The position numbers and the translations under genes were made by a program. 64,000 nt of DNA from Eledone cirrhosa (Eukaryota). Under the pieces are notes generated by a model. That model saw only the letters and a program-made list of their open reading frames with translations, was not told the DNA's origin and made no database searches. Below, piece by piece: positions 1-14,202 of this stretch; the first letter of the stretch is position 1; every line of letters begins with the position of its first letter. The stretch spans positions 7,750,001-7,814,000 of the forward strand of contig OZ024749.1 of assembly GCA_964016885.1 (NCBI GenBank), written 5' to 3'.

Positions 1-1028
1 AAATTTAAGAGAGTCTGTTTTACACTATCGTATGTAATCAGTAACGTAATCGATGATACATTTAAAAAAAGACGATATTATATATAAACTCCATTAGGAG
101 AAAATTAGTGACAGAAAAATAATATGTTTATTTAAGCGATCGCCACTGGATGTGTTGACATTTGAAGATTTTAAAGAAGTGAATCTTTAAATAAATAATA
201 AAATATATTTAATGAACAGCCACGAAGTTTAGTAGATACATTATGTAATATTCATTCATTATTTATTCAAAGTAATCGAACTTATTCTACTAATGGGATA
301 AACAATTATAAACCGTACGCAGTCCCGCGCTTCTTACTTCATTATAGTTTAGATATGTACGACTGTTTTAACAATTGTGTTACCACTCTCTTGGATAGAG
401 TGAAAGAATTATATTCGAGAATTAGAAAAAAAGTTCATCAGTTATTGACATCTGTTCAATCAATCATGTGACAATGGTCTGAATCCATTTGCATATAATC
501 TAATCTAATTGATTATAAAAATGAAAATGAACAGTGTAAAACCATTCACACGTAAACTTCAATTTTTATGATCTGAATGAAGCCTTTCTTAATGCCTTCG
601 TCCTTCGCAAAATGAATAAATGCTTGGTAATGTTTTTTTTTAGAATTATTTTTAATTTAAATTATTTTTCAAATTTCCACAATTAATGTTTGTCTCTGAT
701 AACTCCAATGTTCTTCTCAAATTCCATATCACTGAATTATATTTTATAGTGTGTTATAATCATGCTTCGTGTTAAATCTAACCAAGTGAGAATGGCTGTA
801 CGGATATTAGTTGAAAATTCAATTAGTTTGTAGCCTCTTAAAAATACAACTTGCTCCGTGACTGATTGGCCCGTGCGATTTCGAATACAGCCCGGAGCTC
901 AGTCATTTCATTCCTACCCACTCTACTAATACATATTTGTAAAAGAAAATCAAATATTTGTCAGTTAATGTCCTTTTCATGTCCTGTTTGGTAGCGTCCA
1001 AATGACTGCCTGATTAATGGACTTGCGT

Positions 1029-1625
1029 CAGAGGTTCTAAAATTGGACGCTACAACCCTCGCGGGGGCGTTGATAAGGTTTAGGGGGTGGTGGAGATGAT
1101 ATAATAGTATATTAAATATCAAATGATACATATATAAAAATATAGAATAAGGAAATACAAAGTAGTTTAGATGTTAAAGTCCTTTATTGATAAGGCTGTG
1201 ATACATATTTCGATGATGATAGTGGCCACGTGATTTTGCGTAGTACCCAGTGCCATGATCTCATCAGACAGCTTCTTACATAGTAAGGTTACAATCCCTT
1301 CGAGAAATGGCATTCGCTTCAAGAACATTGTGTTTGTCCGTTCCATTGTCACTTCAATTTATGATTACCTCCTGATTGCAAATTGTTGTTTCCTTGAGCA
1401 AGACACTTTATTTCACGTTGCTCCAGTTTACTCAGCTGTAGAAATGAGATGATAAGACTGGAGTCCCTATCATTAAATCACCCAAGACACCTCCAGCGAG
1501 ATATACATTGGAGGAGGCCAGTTAAACCTGCATTAGGTAGGTCTCTCTGGAAATAGAACTGGAATGTTGTAGGTATTACGTGTCCTTGAAGTGGGGCGGT
1601 GGCCCCAAATGTTTGAGAACCTCTG
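1029..1625. mobile_element. hAT-type MITE (family A) carrying nested insertions
   Basis: TIRs CAGAGGTTCTAAA / TTGAGAACCTCTG; degenerate 8-bp TSD ACTTGCGT/ATTTACGT; internal sequence shared with 55845-56168. Confidence 0.75.
1195..1272 (-). ncRNA. Minimal type I hammerhead ribozyme (Penelope pLTR type)
   Basis: Minus strand GCTGT-CTGATGA-long stem II-GAAA-TATGTA-TC-ACAGC; AATAAA just downstream. Confidence 0.8.
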
Positions 1626-2832
1626 ATTTACGTGATTATGTGTTGTGTGTTTAATGTTATTGCAGTCACATCTTTTAGGGCTCAGAGAAAAATCCTTTAT
1701 TTTACATAGATCACTTTGTTGGAAATTTGAAAAGTTTATATATGATAGAACACCTTATCCAGGAGATGAATGATATCGCATTCAATTTACTCAAAATAAA
1801 TCGCATCATTATCAGTAAAATATCTTGCATTTCCTTGCAATGTAGGACATCATAATATTTGACTCAAAATGGCATTTTCTATTCACAGCTTTATACGTTT
1901 ATAATTAAATTACCGACATCAACAACGCATTCATCATATTTGTGTTGATAAAATAGCGACCGAGTTCAGTGTCTTTATAGCCATAACTGTGCTGAATGCT
2001 GGCATAAATAACGGTTATTTATGTCCTGATATTTTGGGTTGTAGTCTTAATCCGTCGAGGCCTGCTTTTGCACCACTAGCTGGTCCTTGCGAGACTTTAT
2101 TAGAGATCACAATTTATTCAAGTTAAATCTCCCGCCACAATTATTGGATCTCAGGAAAATGTAAGGGTCAGAGTCAATAGCCTTTCTTTCCTGAATAAGT
2201 AGTAAGAACTTATATAAATAATATGGTAGTAGGTTGGATTAGAGTCCCAGCATTAAAAAGGGAAGATGAGATAGCTCTGAAAGAGGAGAACACAATGAGA
2301 AGTCTCATATGGTTAAATAACCTTCGTCTGAAATTGAATAAGTCGAAAAGAAAATGTGATCCTATTTCTCTCTATCACACTCTCTCGCTTTCTCTCCCCC
2401 TCTCATTCTCTCTCTTTACCTCCCCTTCCCCTCTCCTCTCTCTCTCTCTCTCTCCCCCCTCTCTCTGTATGTATGTGTATGTGTGTATTTTATTATTTTA
2501 TTCTTCTCACGTTGAGACAAATGGCAAAAGTCCGAAACGTAATGTTGGTCACTTTACACGGCTATTAAATTCGCCCCACACTTCTACAACTCCTCTTAAG
2601 GAAGAGTTTTTACTATATTTTTCTAGCAGGTCACATGACGGCATAGAGTTTACTTGAATTTATTGAGTACCAGTCATACCCGCAGATAGTTGCTGAATAT
2701 ACGTGTATAGATGAAAATGAATCCGAAATCATTTCTGATTCCTGTGAATCTCCATGAAGGGGAAATTAAACCAAGAAGCTATAATAGATTTAACCCAGGA
2801 GAGCTTCATAGCTTCGACTGTTGAAATTTAGA

Positions 2833-3431
<599 letters not shown>

Positions 3432-3441
3432 TATACATATG

Positions 3442-3512
<71 letters not shown>

Positions 3513-3616
3513 ATATATATGGAGAGAGAGAGAGAGAGAGAGATGCCTCAGCCGGATGTCTGGAGCAAGTAAAAGAGAGTAAAAGTGTATATACATACAT
3601 ACATATATATATATAT

Positions 3617-3730
<114 letters not shown>

Positions 3731-3865
3731 GTATGTATATTCGATATCAGCTAATAACTGACATCTTGTCTTTGTTCATCACACACTCACAAACACACAA
3801 ACACACACTAACAGACACACACACACGCATATATATTGGCAGCCTGACCCTCCCAATGTATAACA

Positions 3866-3967
<102 letters not shown>

Positions 3968-4086
3968 CATGTATACTGTACGGTTAACTAATGGCGGCCC
4001 CTTTACATATACCATATGCAATCTTGAAGCAATTTCCAATTTGATAGTCGGTATGATAATCCTCGTTGTATTTAACACTGAATATT

Positions 4087-4151
4087 TTGTTGTTGTTTTT
4101 TCTCATGTGTTATTGTTGTTGTTGATGTTGTTGCTGTTGCTTATGTACTTT

Positions 4152-4186
<35 letters not shown>

Positions 4187-4450
4187 ATTGTTGTTGTTGT
4201 TGTCGACGTCGTCGTTGTTGTTGTTATTGTTGTTGTTGATGTTGTTGCTGTTGCTTATGTACCTTTTGTTGTTGTTGTTGTCGTCGTCGTCGTTGTTGTT
4301 GTTGTTGTTATTGTTGTTGTTGTTTTTTCTCATGTGTTATTGTTGTTGTTGATGTTGTTGCTGTTGCTTATGTACCTTTTGTTGTTGTTGTTGTTGTCGA
4401 CGTCGTCGTTGTCGTCGTTGTTGTTGTTGTTGTTGTTGTTGTTGATGTTG
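4087..4450. repeat. Compound (GTT)n microsatellite with higher-order duplication
   Basis: Recurring spacers TCTCATGTGTTATT, GCTTATGTAC(C/T)TTTT and GTCGACGTCGTC within GTT runs. Confidence 0.9.
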
Positions 4451-4834
4451 ATTTGAAAGCCGTCAGCTTCTGTTGAAGGAATATTTAATATCAAAACTTC
4501 ATCCATAACGAAACGACTTTTCAATTGAAATATTCTGAGAACGCCTGTAGATATTGAAAACGTGAGCATCAGCAATCTTTAAAAGTGCCGTAGGCTGGAA
4601 GAATATTAGAGATAATATCTGGCAAATGTGAGCACTGGGGTCAAACGACTTCTCTGTGGAATCCTAACCAATGTAAGCAGAGATAAAGACTTTGTGCATT
4701 TCTTCCTTGATATTACTGAATATTACTGATGTTTCCTGATATTTGCTACATCAAAAATAATCCGTTGGAGTTAAAATTACATGCTGGTACAAATGGCTTT
4801 AGAGTTAATGATTGGAAAATACACGCATGCGCGT

Positions 4835-5278
4835 TGGCAAGTACACACGCACACACACACACTCGTGTTCGCAAGTACACACGCACACACACACACAATC
4901 GTGTTCGCAAGTACACACGCACACACACACACTCGTGTTCGCAAGTACACACTCACACACACAGACTCGTGTTCGCAAGTACACACTCACGCACACAATC
5001 GTGTTCGCAAGTATACACGTACACACACACACTCGTGTTCGCAAGTACACACGCACACACACACACTCGTGTTCGCAAGTATACACGTACACACACACAC
5101 TCGTGTTCGCAAGTACACACGCACACACACACACTCGTGTTCGCAAGTACGCACGCACACACACACACTCGTGTTCGCAAGTACGCACGCACACACACAC
5201 ACTCGTGTTCGCAAGTACACACGCATACACACACTCGTGTTTGCAAGTACACACGCACACACACACATTCGTGTTCGC

Positions 5279-5290
<12 letters not shown>
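4835..5290. repeat. ~30-34 bp minisatellite
   Basis: Tandem ACTCGTGTTCGCAAGTACACACGCACACACAC units with variable CA length. Confidence 0.9.
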
Positions 5291-5329
<39 letters not shown>

Positions 5330-5588
5330 CACACGCACACACATAAGTACATACACACAGACACATACATCCAGACACAGACACACACACACACATATAG
5401 ACACAGACACAGACACACATACACGCACACACACATATATATATATATATGTATATATTTCATATATATATATAATATAAAAGAGAGATGTTTATTGATT
5501 GGTTAGTTGATTGGTTGGTTGAATGATACGAACACTACACACACACAAATACATACACACACATCTAAAGAGAGAGACACAGGGGGAG

Positions 5589-5652
<64 letters not shown>

Positions 5653-5701
5653 GCCGGTATACAGAGAGAGATACAATTAAAGTGTTAGATATTCAAAGAG
5701 G

Positions 5702-5750
<49 letters not shown>

Positions 5751-5880
5751 TGTGTGTGTGAGAGAGAGGGAGGGAGATGTGGCGAGAGATAGATAGATAG
5801 AGAGAGAGGGAGAGAGATAGAGAGAGAGAGAGAGAGAGATAGTGTGTGTGTGTGTGAGAGAGAGAGGGAGATGCGGCGAG

Positions 5881-5912
<32 letters not shown>

Positions 5913-6044
5913 AAATAGATAGTGTGTGTGTGTCAGAGAGAGAGAGGGAGATACGGCGAGAGATAGATAGAGAGAGGGAGAGAGAGAGAGAAAGATAGTG
6001 TGTGTGTGTGAGAGAGAGAGGGAGATGCCGCGAGAGATAGATAG

Positions 6045-6079
<35 letters not shown>

Positions 6080-6266
6080 TAGATAGTTAGAGAGAGAGAC
6101 GTCCCACAGATATATCAGTTGAAGGTTTAACAATATGGCGTTAGCTTTTATAAAGTCGTTTTACAGTCTTTGATTTTACACAACAAAGAAAAATTGAAAC
6201 TATTTGAAATGATTTACCCTCCAGCTTTTATCCATATACTACTTACAGTCTGTACTAACGAAGCAA

Positions 6267-6431
6267 CACTTCATAAGCAATGTTACAAGGTATATTGCTG
6301 TGTTTCAGATGACCTCCTTTGGAGCTGAAAAAGATCATACTGACTATGGTTATTTCACATTTAAAATCCAAGGACAATGTTACCATTTAATCGGCAGTTT
6401 ACTCTCCCAGCGTAATGAGGAAGTTTTATGA
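6267..6431 (+). pseudogene. Helitron Rep/helicase N-terminal fragment
   Basis: Translates HFISNVTRYIAVFQMTSFGAEKDHTDYGYFTFKIQGQCYHLIGSLL, matching the Helitron RepHel motif FQMTSFGA...FKxQGQxYHxIGSLL. Confidence 0.7.
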
Positions 6432-6627
6432 TTGTTTTGTTTATTTCTCTCTCTCTCGCTCTCTCTCTCTCTTGCTCTCTCTCTCCCTCACTTTCTCTCT
6501 CTCTCATACACACACACACATTACGGTCTCACCTCATACCAGGCAACACATCCAATACAGTCGTTTTCTTTTATCCGTCTTCTCTTAGTTATTCTCCCGG
6601 GCGAAGCCGGGTACCTCAGCTAGTATA

Positions 6628-6795
6628 TCATCATCATCATCATCATCGTTGAACGTCCATCTTCCACACTAGCATGGGTTAGATGGTTTCGTTCCATCTA
6701 ATGCGGGAATAGTCGGGAGACCGTGTCTCGTTCGTACGGAAGTGTCCCAGGCAGGTTTTTTACAGCTGGATGCCCTTCCTAACACCAACCACATG
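6628..6795 (-). mobile_element. SINE/LINE 3' end with (GAT)n tail
   Basis: Minus strand GTTAGGAAGGGCATCCAGCTGTAAAA followed by (GAT)n. Confidence 0.55.
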
Positions 6796-6856
6796 AATAT
6801 ATTTAGATTTATACATGAATATATATATATGTATATGTATAAATATATATATATAA

Positions 6857-7740
6857 ATGCGAGGTGAACTAGCTTACAAATTTAGAAAGGCCCTAGATAA
6901 ACGTAAACTAAATATTACGATAGTGGAAAAACCAGGTACCTCCATAAAAACACGTATTAGTAATATATACCCCTTTCAAAGACCTTCCTGTATAGATAAG
7001 AAATGCATAATATGTAAACTAAGCGCCCATATTAACTGTAAAACTAGAAACATAGTATATAGCATAAGAAGTACGGAGGGTCAATGTAAAGATAAGAATA
7101 AATGTACATAGGTGAGACGGCTCGTAGCATAGGAAAACGATTAAATGAACACTGGCGAGAACTCAAGATAGAAAAGACTGCTCAGTACTCCACCTACATG
7201 CTAAAATAGAACATAAGGGCAAATTAGAGGACATAGAAATAAAAATAAAATCCGCACATAGAAAAGACGCAATGTTTAGACAAATCACAGAGACAATAAA
7301 TATAAATAAACTCCAACCAAAATTAAATAGAAAAGATGAATGGAATAGCAACATCACAGCTTACAATTAAGGACAAAATCAACACACACACATAGAACAA
7401 AGAACTAACTAGTAACATGTAAATAAACAAATAAATAAACAAATAAAAACACACACAGACACCCGGATGTAACGCATGATCAAACCAAGAACACAACACT
7501 CACAAAACAAGATGGCGTAGGACAGAACAAAGGAGAGGCACAAAACAAAGAAAAGAATCGTCAGTTACTGAAAAGGTCACAGAATGTGTGACGAAAGAAC
7601 TTTGACAATATATGAACAACCATCCGGTTGTGGAAGCAACCAACCAACCGGAAATTTATAATAAATTGATAAATTGAAGTGAAAGCAACTGGTGCGTGTA
7701 TTTCTTATTGGCAACATGACCCTACCAAAGCATAACAATA
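6857..7740 (+). mobile_element. 5'-truncated Penelope-like element (GIY-YIG region + pLTR), frameshifted
   Basis: IVEKPG...CIDKKCIIC...NCKTRNIVY, then YIGETAR...R.NEHW in a shifted frame; homologous to 21152-22200. Confidence 0.85.
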
Positions 7741-7876
7741 TCGGTTTCTGCATATATTATGCAACAATGCACAATCAGCTGATGCGGCTTCATCAGCGGG
7801 TATCGCCTAATCAATAACCAATCGATCGACACATTACGATTGCGAATCCATTTCTCTAACCACTCAGCCACACGCC

Positions 7877-7952
<76 letters not shown>

Positions 7953-7954
<2 letters not shown>

Positions 7955-8078
7955 AACATGTATGACTCCGACGGCAGAGCTCAACCCGTTTCGTCGGCTA
8001 TTTCTGGACTCAGTGTACTCTGGACTTGAGCACTCTGGAACGTTATGGTCCATCTGGTTCCTTAACACAACTCCTTCG

Positions 8079-8132
<54 letters not shown>

Positions 8133-8172
8133 GAAACGGCTTGAGCTCTGCCGTCGGGTTCATACATTTTCC
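7953..8172. mobile_element. Fold-back repeat family copy 1 (others at 29052 and 49137)
   Basis: GACGGCAGAGCTCAA(C/G)CCGTTTCG arm and inverted arm at 8130-8172; shared GTTATGGTCCATCTGGTTCCTTA segment. Confidence 0.75.
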
Positions 8173-8188
8173 GATATATATATATATA

Positions 8189-8345
8189 TGAAGGCGTATG
8201 GCTGAGTGGTTAGAGAATTGGATTCGCAATCGTAATGTGTCTTGAGCAAGACACATTATTTCACGTTGCTACTTCTACCTGGAGTGGCGACCGATAGATG
8301 GTATTAGCAATTGGAAAGACCGATTTACGAAAGTCAATCGTTCCT
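8189..8345 (+). mobile_element. tRNA-derived SINE family 2 (internally deleted copy)
   Basis: A box TGGCTGAGTGG, GTGTCTTGAGCAAGACAC core; matches 28818-29032. Confidence 0.75.
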
Positions 8346-8579
8346 TTTATGTATATATATATATATGTGGGTGTGTGTGTGTGTGAGTGTGTGTTTCCAT
8401 TTGTGTGTGGGGGTCGGAGTATCAGAGAACAGAAATGTATTCACCTGTCACGCACGTAATAACAAATTATGGTGGAAACATTGATTTATATATACCCCTA
8501 AATGTGCACAAATAACACTTTCAGAGCTACGTTTACACACACATACACACATACACACACATACACACACTTATATAGA

Positions 8580-8650
<71 letters not shown>

Positions 8651-8910
8651 AGAGAGAGAGAGAGAGAGAGAGAGATGGGGGAGGGGGGAAAGGGACTGTT
8701 TACCTTTTACATGCATATATATATATGTATATATATAAATATATATATGCATATGTGTGTATATATATATATAGATATAAATATATGTATATATATATAT
8801 AAATATATATATATAAATATATATATGCATATGTATGTGTGTATATATATGTATATATATTTATATAGATATATATATATAAATATATATATGCATATGT
8901 GTGTGTGTAC

Positions 8911-8945
<35 letters not shown>

Positions 8946-8998
8946 AATATATGTATATATATATATATATATAATTATATATGTGCATAGTGTGTGTG

Positions 8999-9053
<55 letters not shown>

Positions 9054-9090
9054 GTATATATATATATATGTATATAAATGCATGTGTGTG

Positions 9091-9136
<46 letters not shown>

Positions 9137-9265
9137 CCGGGGTGTGCGTGCGGGTGGGGTGGGAGGATATTATATGTAATGTACACGATAGATTTATAAT
9201 GAGAAATGTAATTCAGACAATGGTTTCATGATAAATGATTGTCCAATGCAGAGCTTCTGGCACAA

Positions 9266-9430
<165 letters not shown>

Positions 9431-9669
9431 AATACATTGACACACACATACACACACAGACTCAATATATTTAAGCATAGTTACGTCCCTTTACGATCTG
9501 AGTTCAAATCCCGCCGAGGTTCACTTTGCCTCTCAACCTTACGGGGTCGATAAAATAAAGTACCAGTAATGCACTGGGTAATTGCTGGCCTTGTGCCTAA
9601 AGTAGAAACAATTATAGATTATGATATATATTATGTATCCTCACACACTGACTTTAGCGTTGAGACATA

Positions 9670-9705
<36 letters not shown>

Positions 9706-9747
9706 GATATATATTGTAGATATTCGTGCATATATGCATATATATAT

Positions 9748-9846
<99 letters not shown>

Positions 9847-9875
9847 GATATATATTCTATATATTCGTGCATATA

Positions 9876-9927
<52 letters not shown>

Positions 9928-9956
9928 GATATATATTCTATATATTAGTGCATATA

Positions 9957-10014
<58 letters not shown>

Positions 10015-10241
10015 GGGAAGTCAGGTTCTATACAAAACAAAACAGTGGATATAGGGAAAAGATGAAGTTGGAAATAGCAGGGACGATATGTTTAAGGGTC
10101 TGTTTTTCTTTTTTGATTCGTCACTTTGCCTTTCCTCCTTACGGGGTCGATAAAATAAAGTACCAGTAATGTACTGGGTAATTGCTGGCCTTGTGCCTAA
10201 AGTAGAAACAATTATTGAAAAGATAATGTTATTAAAAAGAT

Positions 10242-10430
10242 AATTGTTTCTACTTTTGGCACAAGGCCAGCAATCACCCAGTGCATTACTGGTACTTTAT
10301 TTTATCGACCCCGTAAGGATGAAAGGGAAAGTCAACCTCGGTGGGATTTGAACTCAGATCGTAAAAGGGACGTAACTATGCTGGAAAGCATGGCGTCCGA
10401 CCCTCTACCAATTCTGCCAATCCACTGCCC
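10242..10430 (-). mobile_element. tRNA-derived SINE family 1 (full length); partial + copies at 9470-9615 and 10120-10216
   Basis: A box TGGCAGAATTGG, B box GTTCAAATCC, central CTTTCATCCTTACGGGGTCGATAAAATAAAGTACCAG (Meta-domain-like). Confidence 0.85.
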
Positions 10431-10514
10431 TTATTAAAAAGATAATGCTATTAAAAAAGAGAAGGACAATTCTTTAAAAAAAATGTTCTCATGAAGTATA
10501 TAATGTATATGAGA

Positions 10515-10557
10515 GATTTACCGGTTTCGATGTATTAAAATCTATCTTGTCAAATTC
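10515..10557 (-). ncRNA. Minimal hammerhead ribozyme, U3-A8 core variant
   Basis: GAAT-TTGACAA-GAT...ATC-GAAA-CCGG-TA-AATC; stem III palindrome ACCGGT; one mismatch in stem I. Confidence 0.6.
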
Positions 10558-10715
10558 AGTGAAAAAAAGTTAATTAAAAAGAGTTGGTAGGAGTAAAGAA
10601 AGGTTTAAAATTAAAATCAAAATCGAATGATTGAGTAAAATTTCTTCCATCATGCTTCCTGGAAAGTTGGCAGCCAACTTTTCACACATGCACACTCCCC
10701 CCCCCCCCCCCCCCC

Positions 10716-10751
<36 letters not shown>

Positions 10752-10791
10752 TTTATAAATAACAATCAAAGAGTGTTTTAGAACATTTAAT

Positions 10792-10837
10792 TACTAACGA
10801 TCGTTTCATTCAAGCACAAGGCCGATTCATCAGAGTA
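10792..10837 (-). ncRNA. Minimal hammerhead ribozyme in pLTR of minus-strand Penelope element
   Basis: TACT-CTGATGA-stem II-GAAA-CGATCG-TT-AGTA; palindrome ACGATCGT. Confidence 0.8.
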
Positions 10838-12238
10838 TAAATCAAAGGTTAAAACACAGATAAACTTGTCTAAGAACATTTTGAGGATGTACAATATGGG
10901 AAGAAAGCATAAATAATAGATATTGACATTGATGTAAGAGAGCACAAATAAATAAGCAAAAATAGAAGAGGCATATGAAAAATATGAGTATATAAATGCA
11001 ATTATGATCAACTTAAAGCATTACACACTCTTAAAAACATGCTGGTAAAAAGAAATAGGCTGCTATAAGGAAGTTAAGCATAGTTCAAGCGAGATATCAT
11101 AATTAGTAAATAAACATATATCATAAGCATTACAAAAGTTTATAAAAGCAGGTGCATAGATTAAATATAAATTTAAGAATATAAAAATACCATTTCAAAA
11201 ATATATTTTAATAAAAGCTTCGACTACGTCTTTCAGTCATAAATATATAGATAAGCTATTATACTTCAAAGGTAATGATATCAGCTCAGTGTAGTCAGCA
11301 AAATAACCGTTAAAATGTTATTATCATTAATAATTAATCAAACCAATCAAAGGAATTTATATTGAAGTAATATAATCCAATATATAATAACATCAAAAAT
11401 GGTACCACATATTTGAATAGGCATAAACAACTCCATCTTAACATGTTTTTAAATTTATCAAAGTAACGCCTGATGGAAAAATATGAATGCAAGGGAGGTA
11501 ATTCATAAATATTTTTATTGGGGAGTTACAAATTATTTAATGGAAAGTAAACATTTATAAGTAAACATAAAATAATTATTAGGATTAATGTCTATAGAAC
11601 TTAAAGAATTATTTTTTTAATTATTTAACAATTATTTAAAAATAATTATAAAATAATATATTACCAAATGCTAATAAAACAATTCCACAATTTATAGTAA
11701 CATGTTGTATATCATTAAAAAGATTATCATATTAAACATTAGAAATTTTTTTTTATACATATTCTAAAGAGTACCGAAGGATAAACGAAATCACAAATTA
11801 TCTAAAGATAAATTAATACTAATTAATTAACAATTTAATAAATTATATATGTCTTGAAGTTATACTACTGAAATTATCGAGATTGAGGCAATGGCTAACA
11901 TAATAATATAATTGTTTCTACTTTAGTCACAAGGCCAGCAATTACCTAGTACATTACTGGTACTTTATTTTATCGACCTCGTAAGGATGAAAGGCAAAGT
12001 TAACCTCGGCGGGATTTGAACTCAGGCTGTAAATATAATATTAGTAAAAGTAACTTCAGATCAAGGTGAGCTTATTAACGATAATAAAGTAAAATAATAT
12101 AACAATATAATAGAATAATAAAAATAATTAGATGCCTAAATGTGATGGGGTGGTTATTATATATTGTAATCAAAATAGAAGGGATCAAGATAGGGATGTT
12201 ATAAGCATGTAATGATACTAATATTACTAATATTACTA

Positions 12239-12428
12239 GGCGGTGGATTGGCAGTATCGGGAGAGGGTCAGACGCCATGCTTTGACGTATAGAGTTACGG
12301 CCCTTGCCATTCTGAGTTCAAATCCCGCCGAGGTTAGCTTTGCCTTTCATCCTTACGGGGTCGATAAAATAAAGTACCAGTAATACACTGGGTAATTGCT
12401 GGCCTTGTGCCAAAAGTAGAAACGATAT
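12239..12428 (+). mobile_element. SINE family 1 (also 11911-12030 -, 13608-13793 +, 13796-13925 -, 14091-14202 +)
   Basis: Near-identical A/B boxes, central domain and GTAGAAAC tail. Confidence 0.85.
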
Positions 12429-14202
12429 TACTAATATTACTAAAAAAATATACATATATAGATAAAGCTACATTGGTGTAAGTTAGTTACTAGGTTTAAA
12501 GTAGTAAAAAGAATGGCGATTGATATGTGGACAAGTGTAAAAAATTTCAGCCTTCCTAATTAATATATTTAATTTAGAGAAAATAATAGCATGGGATTCA
12601 AGAAGGCAAAGGTTACAGAATTTATTGGGGGGGGGGGGGGGTTATAAGAAGCAGCTTTTGCAACTACATTCCAGGGTTAGGGTGTAAGGTATATTATTAC
12701 TCTTTAGAAATGATACGAGATATGATAACGAGGTTGCATGATTAAGCTTAAAAGTGTGAAGATGTGACTTATAACACGCCTTGAAACTATTCGGGGTAGA
12801 ACCGATATAGGTTTTGGAGTTGGTAGAATTTATGACAGTACAGGAATAAATAATATTCTTAACAAGGCAGTTTCCATTAAGAGGGCATACATTATTAGGC
12901 TTACAATTACAATTATAACTATTGATTAAGTGGTATTGAGGATAAAGGTGTGAAGAGTTATTAGATATACGAGTGCTATAATTACTATTATTCCTATAAA
13001 ATAATGTGTTATGAGAGTGGCTACTAAAATTACTAGGTACATCATCAAGTTGAGAATTGCTATCTACGTTACAAGAAGAAAAATATTTACCAATGTTCTT
13101 GTTATTACTACTCGCTATGTGATTAGTAATGTTGGGTGTGGTAGAATAAGAGATTTTAATGGTACTTTTATTAATTTAATTATATGTTTTCAATAATAGA
13201 GAAGAATATTATAGTTATATAAGGAGAAACATTTAAATTGAATGGTGGATTAAAGTATGAATTCTTTTTATTTTTGTTAAGTGTATTCTTATGATTATTA
13301 CCTTCAATTTTATATCTAGTATTACAAATGTTAGGTTTAGTGAATATACAATGCTTTTTATGCATAATACTTTTCTTATCTTTAAGATGTTTTTATTAGT
13401 GTTGGGAGGAAATGTAAATGGGTGTATATCATCATTTAATCCACTGTTAGAATCAATAACACTATCATTATTAGTCTGAATATTTGTAGGTTTTTTTCAT
13501 TGCCATATTATGAGAAATAATATTAGGTTGTTTATTACAGTCGGCAAAAGAGTTTTTAAGCATAAACTTAATTTTAGTTTTATAGTCAGAACGTGATAAA
13601 TCTTCTGTGAATTGGCAGTATCGGGAGAGGGTTGGACGCCATACTTTCTAGCATAGTTACGTCCCTTTACGGTCTGAGTTAAAATCCCGTCGAGGTTAAC
13701 TTTGCCTTTCAACCTTACTGGGTCGATAAAATAAAGTACCTGTAATTCACTGAGTAATTCACTGGCCTTGTGACAAAAGTAGAAACAATTATAATAATGG
13801 TTTCTACATTTGGCACAAGACCAGCAATTACCCAGTGCATTACAGGTACTTTATTTTATCGACCCCGTAAGGATGAAAGGCAAAGTCAACCTCGACGGGA
13901 TTTGAACACAGACCGTAAAGGGACGTGGTTAGAATTAGTATCAACATAAAAAAAAAATTCATTAGGTTTATGGTAAAGTGTAAAGGTTTTAGAATCCAAG
14001 CAGAGGGTAACACCAAGGAAATTAACAGTTTTGGTGTTCTTATCTAAAGTAATACTCAGGTTTAAATTTTTGAAGAATTTATATATAATAGTTCAAATCC
14101 CGCCGAGGATGACTTTGCCTTTCATCCTTACGGGGTCGATAAAATAAAGTACCAGTAATGCACTGGGTAATTGCTGGCCTTGTGCCTAAAGTAGAAACAG
14201 TT

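Larger units (their letters stand above)
10752..14085 (-). mobile_element. Decayed Penelope-like element (same type as 33553-36475) interrupted by SINEs
   Basis: Minus-strand remnants ITLDKNTKTVNFLGVTL (~14000), FNPPFNLNVS (~13240) and CNCKPNNVCPLNGNCL...YIGST (~12800-12910); hammerhead at distal end. Confidence 0.75.

Noticed and set aside
1660-2160. Possible decayed Helitron PIF1-like helicase on the minus strand
   Set aside because: Only faint motif resemblance with many stops; needs tblastn/HMM confirmation.
3969-4352. Leu-rich membrane protein ORF
   Set aside because: Translation of the (GTT)n repeat.
4835-5290. Conserved 18-bp repeat with variable spacers
   Set aside because: The spacers are just CA runs, so this is a minisatellite.
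11210-11250. Hammerhead-like string on the minus strand
   Set aside because: The core reads CTGAAA...GAAG with no convincing stem I.
12239-12428. tRNA gene from A/B boxes
   Set aside because: No cloverleaf; the boxes continue into a multi-copy SINE body.
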